Position numbers and translations under genes: made by a program. 64,000 nucleotides of DNA. It comes from Planctomycetota bacterium. GTDB lineage: Bacteria > Planctomycetota > UBA1135 > UBA2386. Position 1 is the stretch's first letter, and every line of letters begins with the position of its first letter. The notes beneath the pieces were generated by a model. The model saw only the letters and a program-made list of their open reading frames with translations, was not told the origin of the DNA and made no database searches. The stretch is from positions 91,784-155,783 of the forward strand of contig CANMWZ010000005.1 in NCBI GenBank assembly GCA_947501605.1, written 5' to 3'. Shown here in pieces: positions 30,436-40,285 of this stretch.

Positions 30436-31341
30436 ATGGCTTCGCCCCTGCTCGAGTTCATCCCCAACTTCAGTGAAGGTCGCAACGCCGCCGTCGTGGA
30501 CGCTATCGTCGCGGCGATGGCCGCCGTGCCGTTCGCCAAAGTTCTGGGGCGCGAGATGGACCAGAGCCACAACCGCTGCGTGATCACGTTGGCAGGGCCG
30601 CAGGAGGCGATGGCCGAGGCGGCATTCCGCGGTTGCCGAGAGGCGATTGCGCGCGTTGACCTGCGCACGCACAAAGGCGAGCACAAGCGGATGGGGGCGA
30701 TGGACGTCTGTCCGTTCGTCCCGCTCGCTGGGGCCTCGATGGCGGATGCAATCGCGACGGCGAAGGCGGTCGGCGCCCGCATCGGTAAGGAGCTGTCGCT
30801 GCCGGTGTTTCTCTACGCTGAGGCATGCACGCGCGAAGATCGCCGCGTGCTGGGCAACGTGCGCAACAAGGAGTTCGAAGGTTTGATGGCGCTGGTGGGC
30901 AGCGATCCGACCTATGCACCGGACTTTGGTCCGGCCAGGATGCACGCATCCGCCGGCGGCCTGTCCGTCGGCGCCCGCAATTTCTTGATCGCTTACAACG
31001 TCAACCTCAAGACGCGCGACGTGCAGATCGCAAAGGACATCGCCAAGGCGGTGCGCGAGAAGGATGGCGGCTTGAAGCGGGTGCAAGCGATGGGTTTCTT
31101 CCTCGACGACAAGCAGTGCGCGCAAGTCAGCATGAACCTGCTCGACTTCCACGTGACATCGCTGCGCACGGTGTTCGATGCCGTCGCGGCGCGCGCGCGC
31201 GATGCCGGCGTCGAGGTGTTGGAGAGCGAGCTTGTTGGCTTGGCGCCCGCGGCTGCGATCGACCAAGGTCTCGCCAGGCACATTCGGCTGCCGAACTTCG
31301 ACCGTGCGCAGCAGGTCGTCGAAGAGAAGCTGAAGGGCTGA
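30436..31341 (+). CDS. ftcD: Glutamate formimidoyltransferase (stand-alone formiminotransferase)
   Basis: PNFSEGR, D.SHNR, HKGEHKRMGAMDVCPFVPL, PDFGP, GARNFLIAYN, QVSMNL and SELVGL motifs. Confidence 0.93.
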   Translation: MASPLLEFIPNFSEGRNAAVVDAIVAAMAAVPFAKVLGREMDQSHNRCVITLAGPQEAMAEAAFRGCREAIARVDLRTHKGEHKRMGAMDVCPFVPLAGASMADAIATAKAVGARIGKELSLPVFLYAEACTREDRRVLGNVRNKEFEGLMALVGSDPTYAPDFGPARMHASAGGLSVGARNFLIAYNVNLKTRDVQIAKDIAKAVREKDGGLKRVQAMGFFLDDKQCAQVSMNLLDFHVTSLRTVFDAVAARARDAGVEVLESELVGLAPAAAIDQGLARHIRLPNFDRAQQVVEEKLKG

Positions 31342-31344
31342 GCG

Positions 31345-32487
31345 CTACTTCAGCGTGACCGGCACTTCGACCACCTGCTGGGCGCGATCGAGGGTGCGCA
31401 GCACCTTGACCGCGATGGTCTCGCCGCGTTTGCGCCCGCGAAGTTGCCGCTGCAGATCGGCCATCGACCGCACCGGTTGGTCGCCGACCGCCACCAGGAT
31501 GTCACCCCAGGCGACGACGCCGCCGGCGCCATCGAGCTGAAACGGCCGCATCCCTGCAGCCTCGGCACCAGCTCCCTTCTCGACGCCGAGCACGGGCACG
31601 CCCGCGGTGAACCCGGAGCCGCGATCCACGCGAACAGCCTCACCGATCGTGACGCCCATGTGCCGTTGCGCCGAGCGGCCATCCAACAAGGCCGGCACCA
31701 CGTCGTTGATTGCGTCGACCGGGACGGCAAAGCCGATCCCGGTGTTGGACCCGCTCGGGCTGTAGATCGCCGTGTTCATGCCGATCAAGCGACCGGCGCT
31801 GTCGAGCAGTGGACCGCCGGAGTTGCCTGGATTGATGGCGGCATCGGTCTGGATCAGCCCGCTCATCTGCGCGTTCTCGGTTGCGATCGTGCGGTCGAGG
31901 GCGCTGATGATGCCGGTGCTCAGGCTCGAGTCGAAGCCGTAGGGGTTGCCAATCGCGAGGACCAACTGGCCGACCTTGAGGTCCGCCGACGCACCGATCG
32001 GGATCGGTCTCAGGTGGGGCGGTGGCGCCACGATGCGAACCACAGCAATGTCCTGCTGCGGGCTCGTGCCGATCACCGCGCCGTCGTACAGCTCGCTGCC
32101 CAACGCCACCTTCAACTGGCTGCGCGATTCGACCACGGTCTGAACAACGTGGTAGTTGGTGACCACGGTGCCAGCGTCATCCCACAGGAAGCCCGTGCCC
32201 GAGCCCTCGGGGTAGCGAGCCATTCCCGCGATGGTGCGAGCGAGCTTCTCCGTGGTGATGTGCACGACGCTTGGCGCCGTCTGTTCGAAGATGCGGGTCG
32301 TCGTCTGTTCGAGCGCCATCAGGTCGCCGCGCGGCTCGATCGTGCGGGGCATCGGGTTTGGTGCGCCTTCGAAGACGCCGTTCCGGTCGAGCACGAGCCA
32401 GGTGGCGAGGACGAAGGCGGCGCCGGCAAACGCCAGCGACAGAGGCGAACTGCGGCGGGTGCTCGTGTGGTGTTGCCAAGTCGTCAT
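31345..32487 (-). CDS. HtrA/DegP-like trypsin serine protease with a PDZ domain
   Basis: N-terminal TM, GSGTGF, TNYHVV, DIAV, IGNPYG and IQTDAAINPGNSGGPL motifs, then a C-terminal PDZ domain. Confidence 0.93.
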   Translation of the reverse strand: MTTWQHHTSTRRSSPLSLAFAGAAFVLATWLVLDRNGVFEGAPNPMPRTIEPRGDLMALEQTTTRIFEQTAPSVVHITTEKLARTIAGMARYPEGSGTGFLWDDAGTVVTNYHVVQTVVESRSQLKVALGSELYDGAVIGTSPQQDIAVVRIVAPPPHLRPIPIGASADLKVGQLVLAIGNPYGFDSSLSTGIISALDRTIATENAQMSGLIQTDAAINPGNSGGPLLDSAGRLIGMNTAIYSPSGSNTGIGFAVPVDAINDVVPALLDGRSAQRHMGVTIGEAVRVDRGSGFTAGVPVLGVEKGAGAEAAGMRPFQLDGAGGVVAWGDILVAVGDQPVRSMADLQRQLRGRKRGETIAVKVLRTLDRAQQVVEVPVTLK

Positions 32488-32514
32488 AGGCGACTGCTAC
32501 GGATGAATCGTGGA

Positions 32515-35355
32515 CTACGCTGGGTTGGGCCAGAGTTCTTTCCAGTTCGGCTGGCTTGCGCCCTGTTGGCCAGCCAGCAGGGCCAGCGCGCTCTGCGACA
32601 AGCACACTTGCTCGAGTGCCGTTTCAGCCAGCGCTTGGCCGCACGACTCGGCGATGCCTTCTGCATGCAGGCCGTGGTACTTGAAGATGTGAGCCGGGGT
32701 GCCTGACTTGCTGAACTTGACCACCGCACGCGCGATCTGGCGAACGCCGAGGATCGAGCCCAGGTTGTCGAGCAGACCGATCTCACCGTCGTGCACGGAC
32801 ACGATCGGGACGCGTCGACCCGCGAGGTCGACGACATCGCCCGGAGCCAGCACGTCGCCGCCGCTCTTGCCGGCAGGGCGGAGGTGCAACGCGCCCGTCA
32901 CCCCAAGTGTCGTGTGCAGGTGAGCAAAGCCATCTTTCCGGCCGAGCTCGCCGCACAACAGATCCGGCGACGTGACGACAAACACGTTGGCGTAGATGCC
33001 GCGTTGCAGCAACAGCGCGCTCGCCTGCGCGGCTTCGGGAACGAGGGCGCCCATGACGAACAGGTTGACGACATTTTCGCCCGCTTGGTAGCCGCGATAG
33101 CCACGCCAGTCGATCAACGTGTAGCCGCCCTTCAGCACGTGGTCCTTGACCACGGCGTGGATCTCCGACTCGCTGCGGTGCGGGACCTCCGCTTCGTGGA
33201 GACCGCCGTCCGATGCTTCCAAACCGAGCATGGCGCCGTCGGGGATGCCGATCTTGAACCTCGTCTGCCGGCGCAACCACTTCAGCATCAGGTCCTGGTG
33301 CAAGGCTCGGGTGACGGCGCGGACGAGCACGCCGCTGCGGCCCTTGTTGTCGCCGGTGAAGTGGCGGCGAATCGCGTCGCAGAGAACCCACTCCAACTCG
33401 ATCGCGAACGCCGGCTCCCAAGTGATCAGGTTGGGGATCTGGATGTCGCTCTTCCAACTGTGCTGCGCGCCCTCGGGCGCCAGCGTGATGCCGCTCGGCG
33501 TGCCGACGAGGATGAACGAACTGCCCCAGTAGAGATTGTAGTAGAGCTGGTCGAGCGCGCGTTTGATGAAGAAGTCGTAGACCGTCATCATCGGCAGGAA
33601 CGGGATGCCTGCGAGGTAGCCCATCTTGCCAAAGCTGCCGACCGCGGACATGCAATTGGACTCGGCGATCTCGAAGCGGATGTGGCGCGTCCAGGCCCCG
33701 TCGGTCGGCGAGAGTTCTGGACGGAGGCGCTCGCTGAGCTGCAGTTTCGACTCCCAGTTCTCCTCGTAGCGCGGACCGAAGATCTTCTCATCCATCGCCG
33801 GGTTGATGTTGGTGCTGGTCCCGACGTCAGGGGCCATCGTCATCATCAGGTCAGCGATTGGACCCCAACGCGCTTCGTCGGTGGTCGGGGCCTTGCCGGC
33901 CTTTTGGGCGCGACCAGCGGCCTGCAGTTCGTCGAACACGCCGATGCGCACGAGCTTGGAGGCAAGCTGGCCCCACATCCATTGGGTGTGCGTGATTGGC
34001 GACAGCTTGAGGTTGATCTCCAGTCCCGCAGGCACGCCGCCCTGGTGATCGATCTGCTGCGCCACGCGAGCGCGGTTGCTGTGCGCGAGGGCTTCCAGGG
34101 CTTCGATGCAAAGGCGCATGGTCTGGCCGCGTTGCGCGGCATAGCGCGCCGCCTCCGAGTCCTCGGGCAGGCGTTGGAAGGGGCGCTCCATCGTCAGCCC
34201 CTCGGCCGCCAGGATCTGCTGCACTTCGTCGTCGTCCGGTAACGCCGAGTGGTTGCCGTTGGCGGCGACGCAGCGCAGGCCGCGGCCCTTGACGGTGTGG
34301 GCGATGATCAGCGTCGGGGTCTGCTTGTTGACCTTGCTCTGCTCGAAGGCGGTGAGGATTGCCGCGTGATCGTGGCCGCCGAGGTCATAGAACAAGCGGA
34401 CAACGTCGGCATCGTTCAGCGACTCGATCAGCTTCTTGCAGCCGGCGTCGGCCTCGATCACGGCTTGTCGCATTGCGGCGGCGTCGCGCTTCCAGACCAG
34501 TGCCTGGAAGTGATAGTCGGACAGCTTGTCCTCGAGGATGACGCGCAGTTTGTCGCCTGCGGGCTTCTGGAAGACCGACTGGCGGAAGGTGCCGTGCCGC
34601 AGCTGGATCACCTCCCAGCCGTTGGCCGCCGCGGTGCGCCCGATGCGGTCGGCGTCGGTGCCGTGCAGGCCACGGTTGTTGGGGATGCGCGTGCCGTCGA
34701 GGTTCTGGCGGTTGTAGTCGACGATCCACGTCACGTTGCCGAGTTCGCGTTCGGCGACTTCGGGCATGACCTCGAGCAGCGAGCCTTCGCGGAACTCACT
34801 GTCGCCCATCATGCACCAGAAGTGCGGCTCGTCGACCTCCCAGCCATGCTGGCGGGCGTAGCGATAGGCGAGCGCCAAGTAGACCGCGTTGACCGGCGGA
34901 ATGCCGACCGAGCCCGACGGCAGGAAGCGCCAATTGTCCGGATCCGCTTCGGCATGGTAGCTCTGGAACACCGGGGCCGAGTCGTGCGAGAAGCTGCGCA
35001 GCCGGTGCATCACCGCTTCGGCTTCGGCTTCCTCGAACCAATTTCCAGTCGCGTGGCGGAACAGCCCGAGCGCGTGGCTCAGCGAGTGGTCGACAGGCGA
35101 TGCGTGCGGTTTGCAGCAGACGAAGTCGCCGGGCTCGCGGACCAGCAGGTGGAGCACCGAGAGGAAGTCGAGGCTCGACGCGCAAGCGGCCGGATGGCCG
35201 CCTACCTTGGGGTCGGTCTTGTCCGCGTCGGTCCGGTTGTTCGCCACGTGGATCATCGCCACCATGTGGGCGAAGGCGCGGCGGGAGATGCGTTCGATCA
35301 GTGCGAGGTCGGGCTTGGTCGCGGCTGACTTCATAGTCGTGGTGGGCAGAGCCAT
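32515..35355 (-). CDS. aceE: Pyruvate (2-oxoacid) dehydrogenase E1, homodimeric AceE/transketolase-like type
   Basis: KVGGH, KPHASP, FQSY, TPP motif GDSE...VDYNRQNLD, HTVKG, APDV..ST, YDFFIKRALD and GITLAPEGAQH motifs. Confidence 0.85.
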   Translation of the reverse strand: MALPTTTMKSAATKPDLALIERISRRAFAHMVAMIHVANNRTDADKTDPKVGGHPAACASSLDFLSVLHLLVREPGDFVCCKPHASPVDHSLSHALGLFRHATGNWFEEAEAEAVMHRLRSFSHDSAPVFQSYHAEADPDNWRFLPSGSVGIPPVNAVYLALAYRYARQHGWEVDEPHFWCMMGDSEFREGSLLEVMPEVAERELGNVTWIVDYNRQNLDGTRIPNNRGLHGTDADRIGRTAAANGWEVIQLRHGTFRQSVFQKPAGDKLRVILEDKLSDYHFQALVWKRDAAAMRQAVIEADAGCKKLIESLNDADVVRLFYDLGGHDHAAILTAFEQSKVNKQTPTLIIAHTVKGRGLRCVAANGNHSALPDDDEVQQILAAEGLTMERPFQRLPEDSEAARYAAQRGQTMRLCIEALEALAHSNRARVAQQIDHQGGVPAGLEINLKLSPITHTQWMWGQLASKLVRIGVFDELQAAGRAQKAGKAPTTDEARWGPIADLMMTMAPDVGTSTNINPAMDEKIFGPRYEENWESKLQLSERLRPELSPTDGAWTRHIRFEIAESNCMSAVGSFGKMGYLAGIPFLPMMTVYDFFIKRALDQLYYNLYWGSSFILVGTPSGITLAPEGAQHSWKSDIQIPNLITWEPAFAIELEWVLCDAIRRHFTGDNKGRSGVLVRAVTRALHQDLMLKWLRRQTRFKIGIPDGAMLGLEASDGGLHEAEVPHRSESEIHAVVKDHVLKGGYTLIDWRGYRGYQAGENVVNLFVMGALVPEAAQASALLLQRGIYANVFVVTSPDLLCGELGRKDGFAHLHTTLGVTGALHLRPAGKSGGDVLAPGDVVDLAGRRVPIVSVHDGEIGLLDNLGSILGVRQIARAVVKFSKSGTPAHIFKYHGLHAEGIAESCGQALAETALEQVCLSQSALALLAGQQGASQPNWKELWPNPA

Positions 35356-35515
35356 TTCGGAAGCGCGGCCGTGGTGATCTGAGCGGCCGATTGCAGGTCG
35401 CAGAGGGTAGGCCGAGGGCCGCAGTCGTTCCACTTCGGCGTGCGGCGGCTAGCGGCTGTCTTGGGAGGGGCCTATGCGCGGAGGCTTGTTGCCCGTAACC
35501 TCCTCCGCCCCCTTC

Positions 35516-36853
35516 ATGGCCCTGCCCCGCGTTGCGATCCTGGGCCGACCGAACGTCGGCAAATCGAGCCTGCTCAACCGCATTGCCGGGCAGCGTGTTG
35601 CGATCGTCGAACCTACGGCGGGCGTCACTCGCGACCGCGTCGCCGTCATTGTCGAGATCGAGGGGCGCCGCTTCGAGCTGGTCGACACCGGCGGTCTTGG
35701 CATGGTCGATGAGGCCTTGCTGAAGGACCACATCGAGGCCCAGATCCAGGTCGCCTTGGAGACCGCGGACCTGATCTTGTTCGTAATCGATGGCAAGGAA
35801 GGGCGAGTGCCGGGGGACGACCTCGTCGCCCGCCGCCTCCGGCAGTTGCAGAAGCCGGTGCTGCTGGTCGCAAACAAAGTCGAGAGCCGCCACGACGAGT
35901 TGGCTGGTGCGGCCTGGGAGCGACTGGGCTTCGGCGACGCGATGTTGGTCAGCGCCAAAGAAGGCTTCGGCGCCAGCGACCTGATCGCCGCAATCTTGCA
36001 CCGGCTACCGCCGGCCCGCGAAGAGGAGTCGCTGACGCGCAATCGGCCACTGTCCTTCGCGATCGTCGGCAAGCGCAACTCCGGCAAGTCGACCTTGGTC
36101 AACAGGCTTTGCGGCGAAGAGCGATGCATCGTCTCGGAGCTTCCGGGCACGACCCGCGACTCGATCGACGTCGAGTTCGAACTCGACGGCAAGCGGATGA
36201 TGGCGATCGACACGGCCGGCGTGCGCAAGAAAAAGAGCATCGAGCACGCCATCGAGTTGTTCTCGCATTCGCGCAGCACGGCGAGCATCCGTCGCGCCGA
36301 CATCGTCGTGCACATGTTCGATGTGCGTGAGTCGGTGAGTCAGGTCGACAAGAACCTGGCGGCCTACTGTGCTGAGAACCACAAGCCGGTGTTGCTGGTC
36401 GGCAACAAGATCGACTTGGTCGAGGACTTCGACCTCGGCAAGTGGGACACGTACCTGCGCCAGCAACTGCCGGCGCTCGATCACGCACCGGTCGCATTTC
36501 TCTCGGCCAAGGAAGGTCGCAACGTCGATGCGGCGATCAACCTGCTGTTCGAACTGCAGCGGCAGACGCAGATCAAGCTGTCGACGCCGCGACTCAACGA
36601 AGTGCTGCAGGGTGCTCGCGACAAGTTGCTGCCGCAGAACCGCGGTCAGTACCCGAAGTTGTTCTACGGCACGCAAATCGGCACCGAGCCGATCTCCATC
36701 TTGGTGTTCGTCAACGAGCCCAAGTTGTTCCGCGGCCAATACGAACGCTATCTGTCGCGTGTTTTGCGCGAGAACTTCGACTGTCCCGAGGTGCCGATCC
36801 GGCTGGCGTTCCGCCGCCGCGACAAGATCACGCTCGCGCCGAAGGCCGAGTGA
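35516..36853 (+). CDS. der: Ribosome biogenesis GTPase Der (EngA)
   Basis: Two G domains (GRPNVGKS/GVTRD/DTGG/NKVE and GKRNSGKS/GTTRD/DTAG/NKID) plus a KH-like C-terminus. Confidence 0.97.
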   Translation: MALPRVAILGRPNVGKSSLLNRIAGQRVAIVEPTAGVTRDRVAVIVEIEGRRFELVDTGGLGMVDEALLKDHIEAQIQVALETADLILFVIDGKEGRVPGDDLVARRLRQLQKPVLLVANKVESRHDELAGAAWERLGFGDAMLVSAKEGFGASDLIAAILHRLPPAREEESLTRNRPLSFAIVGKRNSGKSTLVNRLCGEERCIVSELPGTTRDSIDVEFELDGKRMMAIDTAGVRKKKSIEHAIELFSHSRSTASIRRADIVVHMFDVRESVSQVDKNLAAYCAENHKPVLLVGNKIDLVEDFDLGKWDTYLRQQLPALDHAPVAFLSAKEGRNVDAAINLLFELQRQTQIKLSTPRLNEVLQGARDKLLPQNRGQYPKLFYGTQIGTEPISILVFVNEPKLFRGQYERYLSRVLRENFDCPEVPIRLAFRRRDKITLAPKAE

Positions 36854-36889
36854 CGCGACGTGCCCCTGACGCTGTGGGGTGCGCGCGTC
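36852..36889. terminator. GC-rich hairpin between convergent genes
   Basis: GACGCG...GTGCCCC / GGGGTGC...CGCGTC imperfect inverted repeat directly after the der stop. Confidence 0.4.
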
Positions 36890-36919
36890 GGTCGTTCGGC
36901 TCCTTGCGTTACGGCGGCC

Positions 36920-37246
36920 TCAGCCCTTCAGGATGCGGCCCCAGAATGAGCTGCGTCGGACAGTGCTGCGGGTGCTGCTGGCATCGATGACGCCCGGGCT
37001 CGCGGCGGTGGCCGGCGACTGCGGCAGGCGACTGAAGTGGTAGGACGACCAAGCGCGACCGCTGCGCAACTTGCGCATCGGTTCGGTGCGCTGGCTCGAC
37101 GTCGTCGCCGCCGCATCCGTGGCTTGGTTCGTTACTGCCGCGGTAGCCTGGGTGCGGATCGGTCGATGGAAATGGCGCCCGCTCTGCTGGGCCGAAAGGC
37201 AAGCGGGGAGCAATGCGAGAGCAGCGAGGATCAGGATCGTGCGCAT
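36920..37246 (-). CDS. Small exported hypothetical protein
   Basis: AAGGAGA RBS and signal peptide MRTILILAALALLPACLSA. The mature part is Thr/Ala/Ser/Arg-rich. Confidence 0.6.
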   Translation of the reverse strand: MRTILILAALALLPACLSAQQSGRHFHRPIRTQATAAVTNQATDAAATTSSQRTEPMRKLRSGRAWSSYHFSRLPQSPATAASPGVIDASSTRSTVRRSSFWGRILKG

Positions 37247-37341
37247 CTTGGGTTCTCCTTCTTTGCGGGTCTGAGTCAGAATAGCACGGGCTGTTGTTGC
37301 GTGCTTTGGGCCAGCGCTAATCGGCCGATGGCAAGGCCGAA

Positions 37342-38694
37342 TCAAAAGGTCAACTCCATGCGGACCATGCCGACGAGCGCGTCGTCGACGCTAGGGTCCC
37401 CGGATGGGTTGAGGACGTACTGCAAGTCAGGCTTCAGGCTCATCGCCGGTGTGACCTGGAAGCGGTAGAGCAGTTCGAACACGGTCTCGTCGCCGTCAAA
37501 GGTGCTGCCGGTGGCCGAACTCAGCTGCGCGTGCGTCACCAGGAAGCCGAGGGTGTCGTCTTCGCGGCCACCGATCGCGCCGGTCCACACGACGCCCGCC
37601 TGCACGTGCAATGGGACCTGGGCGACGTCTTCATCGGCGAAGCCGAGCATGGCGGAGACACCGATGCCTTGCTTGTCCTCGGCATCCTCCGGGTTCTCGC
37701 GCCAGACGATCTGGTCGAGGATTGCATACGCACCGGCCGTGCCGCGATCGATGCCGCCGTCGAACCGGGTGAACTGTTCGCCGTGGTACCAGGCGCCGAG
37801 GGCGACGCGGCCGGAGCCCCAGGTGTTGCCGCCGGTCCAACTCGATCCAGCTTCGAGGATGGTGAAGTACTGGTCGGACTCGTCGTTGCGGAAGAAGCCG
37901 GAAGGCCCCTGCGAGCCAGTGTTGACGCCGATCGCGGCGGCGCCGTCGTAGACGCCGACGCCGATGTAGCTGAACTCACTCGGGTTCCAGAACACGTTCA
38001 CGGAGGTCGCCGGGTTTGGATAGGAAGGCGCTGCTTGAATGGTCGGCGAGAACCCGGCTGACGAGTTGATGAACTCGCCGCTGACTTCGCTGAAGGCGAA
38101 CTCTGAGTTGAAGTCCACCTTGCCAGCCTTCACGCGAATCGAGTCGCACAGCCAGGTCTCGAGCCAGACTTCGGCAATCTGCTCGGTGTTCGGCGAAGCG
38201 ATGTTCGACACGCCTTGCAGGTCGCCGATGTCGTTCGAGATGTTGCGGCCTTCGATCTGGTAGGCATCGACGAAGGCAAGCGTGCGCGGCAGGCCGATCA
38301 ACGTCTCGAGGTCGAGGGCGACATTGATGTCAGCCAGAGCCATCACGCTATCGCGGTTGCGCAGACCGCCGTGCCACGCCGCGCCCCAGTCCATCGTCAA
38401 GCCACCGCCAACCTCGATGCCGCTTTCTTCGAGCCAGCGGCGGCGATCGCCGAGATCGCCTGTAGCGCGCGACCAGCGCCACCAGGGGAGCCCGCCGACC
38501 CACTCGCGTTCCGCCGCGACTTCTTCGCCTTGCGCTTCTGCCGAGTCCGGCTCAGGTGGTTGCACTGGCTGTTGAGCCAGAGGTGGCGTGGCTGCGGGAT
38601 CCTGCGCAGCAGCAGTCGCGGCCAGCGCGAACAATGTGAAAGTACACGCGCCTGCGGGCGCCCGGACGTTTGTGAGGTGTCGAGCCATGGTCAC
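37342..38694 (-). CDS. Carbohydrate-selective porin, OprB family
   Basis: Signal peptide, RRWLEESGI, VKAGKVDFNSEF, EFINSS, ETVFELLYRFQ, LKPDLQYVLNP and a terminal Phe. Confidence 0.9.
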   Translation of the reverse strand: MTMARHLTNVRAPAGACTFTLFALAATAAAQDPAATPPLAQQPVQPPEPDSAEAQGEEVAAEREWVGGLPWWRWSRATGDLGDRRRWLEESGIEVGGGLTMDWGAAWHGGLRNRDSVMALADINVALDLETLIGLPRTLAFVDAYQIEGRNISNDIGDLQGVSNIASPNTEQIAEVWLETWLCDSIRVKAGKVDFNSEFAFSEVSGEFINSSAGFSPTIQAAPSYPNPATSVNVFWNPSEFSYIGVGVYDGAAAIGVNTGSQGPSGFFRNDESDQYFTILEAGSSWTGGNTWGSGRVALGAWYHGEQFTRFDGGIDRGTAGAYAILDQIVWRENPEDAEDKQGIGVSAMLGFADEDVAQVPLHVQAGVVWTGAIGGREDDTLGFLVTHAQLSSATGSTFDGDETVFELLYRFQVTPAMSLKPDLQYVLNPSGDPSVDDALVGMVRMELTF

Positions 38695-38763
38695 CTCGGC
38701 AATCGTCCCCTTTTCGCGATGCGCTTGAGCGCACTTGGGCCACCTCGGGCCTTGCGCGGGGTG

Positions 38764-40278
38764 CTAGCGCCGCCAAAACGTGCGCGACAGCAGCGCGATC
38801 GGGGCCAAGAACTCGAGTCGCCCGAGCAGCATCAAGCACGAGCAGAACAACTTCGTCGCCCCGTGCAGATCCCCGTAACCGCCCATGGGACCAAGGTCGG
38901 GGCCGAGCGCGCGCCCGAGGCTGTCGACGTCGCACAGCGCTGGGCCACAGCACCCGAGCATCGAAGCTGAGGCCGAAATCGAGGTCAGGAACGGCAGCCG
39001 CGTGTCGAGCGATATCACGAAGGCGCCGACGAACAGGCCGACGATCCAGAGGAGCACGATCGCCAGGATGTCGGAGATGATCGCTGCCGAGAGTGGTTGG
39101 GTGCCGAGTTTGACGCGTTCGACGATCTTCGGCCGCAGGTAGTGGCGGATGGTGAAGCCGATCAGCTTGCACACGACGACGAAGCGGACGAGTTTCATGC
39201 CGCCGGCGGTCGAGCCGGTGCAGGCGCCGACGACCATCGACCCGAGCATCAGCATCACCGTCGGTACCGACCAGCGCTGGAAGTCCTCGGTCGCGAAGCC
39301 GGTCGAGGTGAACACGCTTACCACGTTGAAGCCGGCGCTACGCAGCGCGCCCAGAACGGGCCGGCCGTCGATCACCAGGGCGATCGTCGCGGCGGCGACC
39401 AGGATCGTCGTCGCGAAGAAATAGACGCGCAGCTCGCCGTCGCGCAGCAGGATCTTGGGGCCGCGCTGCGCGGCACTGGCCAGGAGGCCGAAGTTGCAGC
39501 CGGCGATGAACATGAACACCGTGATGACGATCTCGATCGGCAAACTCTTGTAGTCGCCGATGGAGCCGTTGCGCGTCGAGAAGCCACCCGTGGCCAGTGT
39601 TGCGAAGGCGTGGTTGATGGCGTCAAACAGCGGCATGCCGCAGGCCAGCCACAGAATGCCTGCGCAGAGGAAGGTGAGCGCCAAGTAGACGCGGAACAGC
39701 TGTCGGCCCTGCTCGATCATGCGAGGCTGGAAGACGTCCGTGCCTACGCTGGTCTGCTCGCTGGTGATCAAGCTCTTGCCAGTGATGCCCATGGCGGGAA
39801 GCAGGATCACGAACACCAGCACGATGCCGAGACCGCCGAGCCAGTGCGTGAGCGACCGCCACAGCAGCATGCTTTGCGGTAGCTCTTCGATTTTGAGGTT
39901 GTCGCCGGTGCCGAGCACCGAGGCTCCAGTCGTGGTGAGTCCGGAGACGGACTCGAACACAGCATCGATGGCACCAGGGATCGCGCCGGACCAGACATAG
40001 GGCACTGCTCCCAGCACCGCGGCGAGCAACCACGACAGGCCGACCACGGCAATGCCCTCGCGGCGATAGAACTGCGTTTCGCCGGTGCGGCTGCCAAGCC
40101 ATAGCAGCAACGCGGTGCACAAGCCGACGGCGATGCTGGCGATGAAGCCGGCGATCGGAATGACCTCCGGTCTAGGCGGCGCGCCTTCGCACAGCGCGTA
40201 GGTCAACGGCACCAGTTGCACGAGGGAGAAGAAGATCGCGAATCCGGCGAGGATCCTGGCTACCGGGGCAAAGTGCAC
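38764..40278 (-). CDS. trkH: TrkH family potassium uptake membrane protein
   Basis: FESVSGLTTTGAS, WLGGLG, ATGGFS, TSTGF, GSTAGGMK and MLLGRLE motifs. Start GTG 40278. Confidence 0.93.
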   Translation of the reverse strand: MHFAPVARILAGFAIFFSLVQLVPLTYALCEGAPPRPEVIPIAGFIASIAVGLCTALLLWLGSRTGETQFYRREGIAVVGLSWLLAAVLGAVPYVWSGAIPGAIDAVFESVSGLTTTGASVLGTGDNLKIEELPQSMLLWRSLTHWLGGLGIVLVFVILLPAMGITGKSLITSEQTSVGTDVFQPRMIEQGRQLFRVYLALTFLCAGILWLACGMPLFDAINHAFATLATGGFSTRNGSIGDYKSLPIEIVITVFMFIAGCNFGLLASAAQRGPKILLRDGELRVYFFATTILVAAATIALVIDGRPVLGALRSAGFNVVSVFTSTGFATEDFQRWSVPTVMLMLGSMVVGACTGSTAGGMKLVRFVVVCKLIGFTIRHYLRPKIVERVKLGTQPLSAAIISDILAIVLLWIVGLFVGAFVISLDTRLPFLTSISASASMLGCCGPALCDVDSLGRALGPDLGPMGGYGDLHGATKLFCSCLMLLGRLEFLAPIALLSRTFWRR

Positions 40279-40285
40279 GTGTTGG

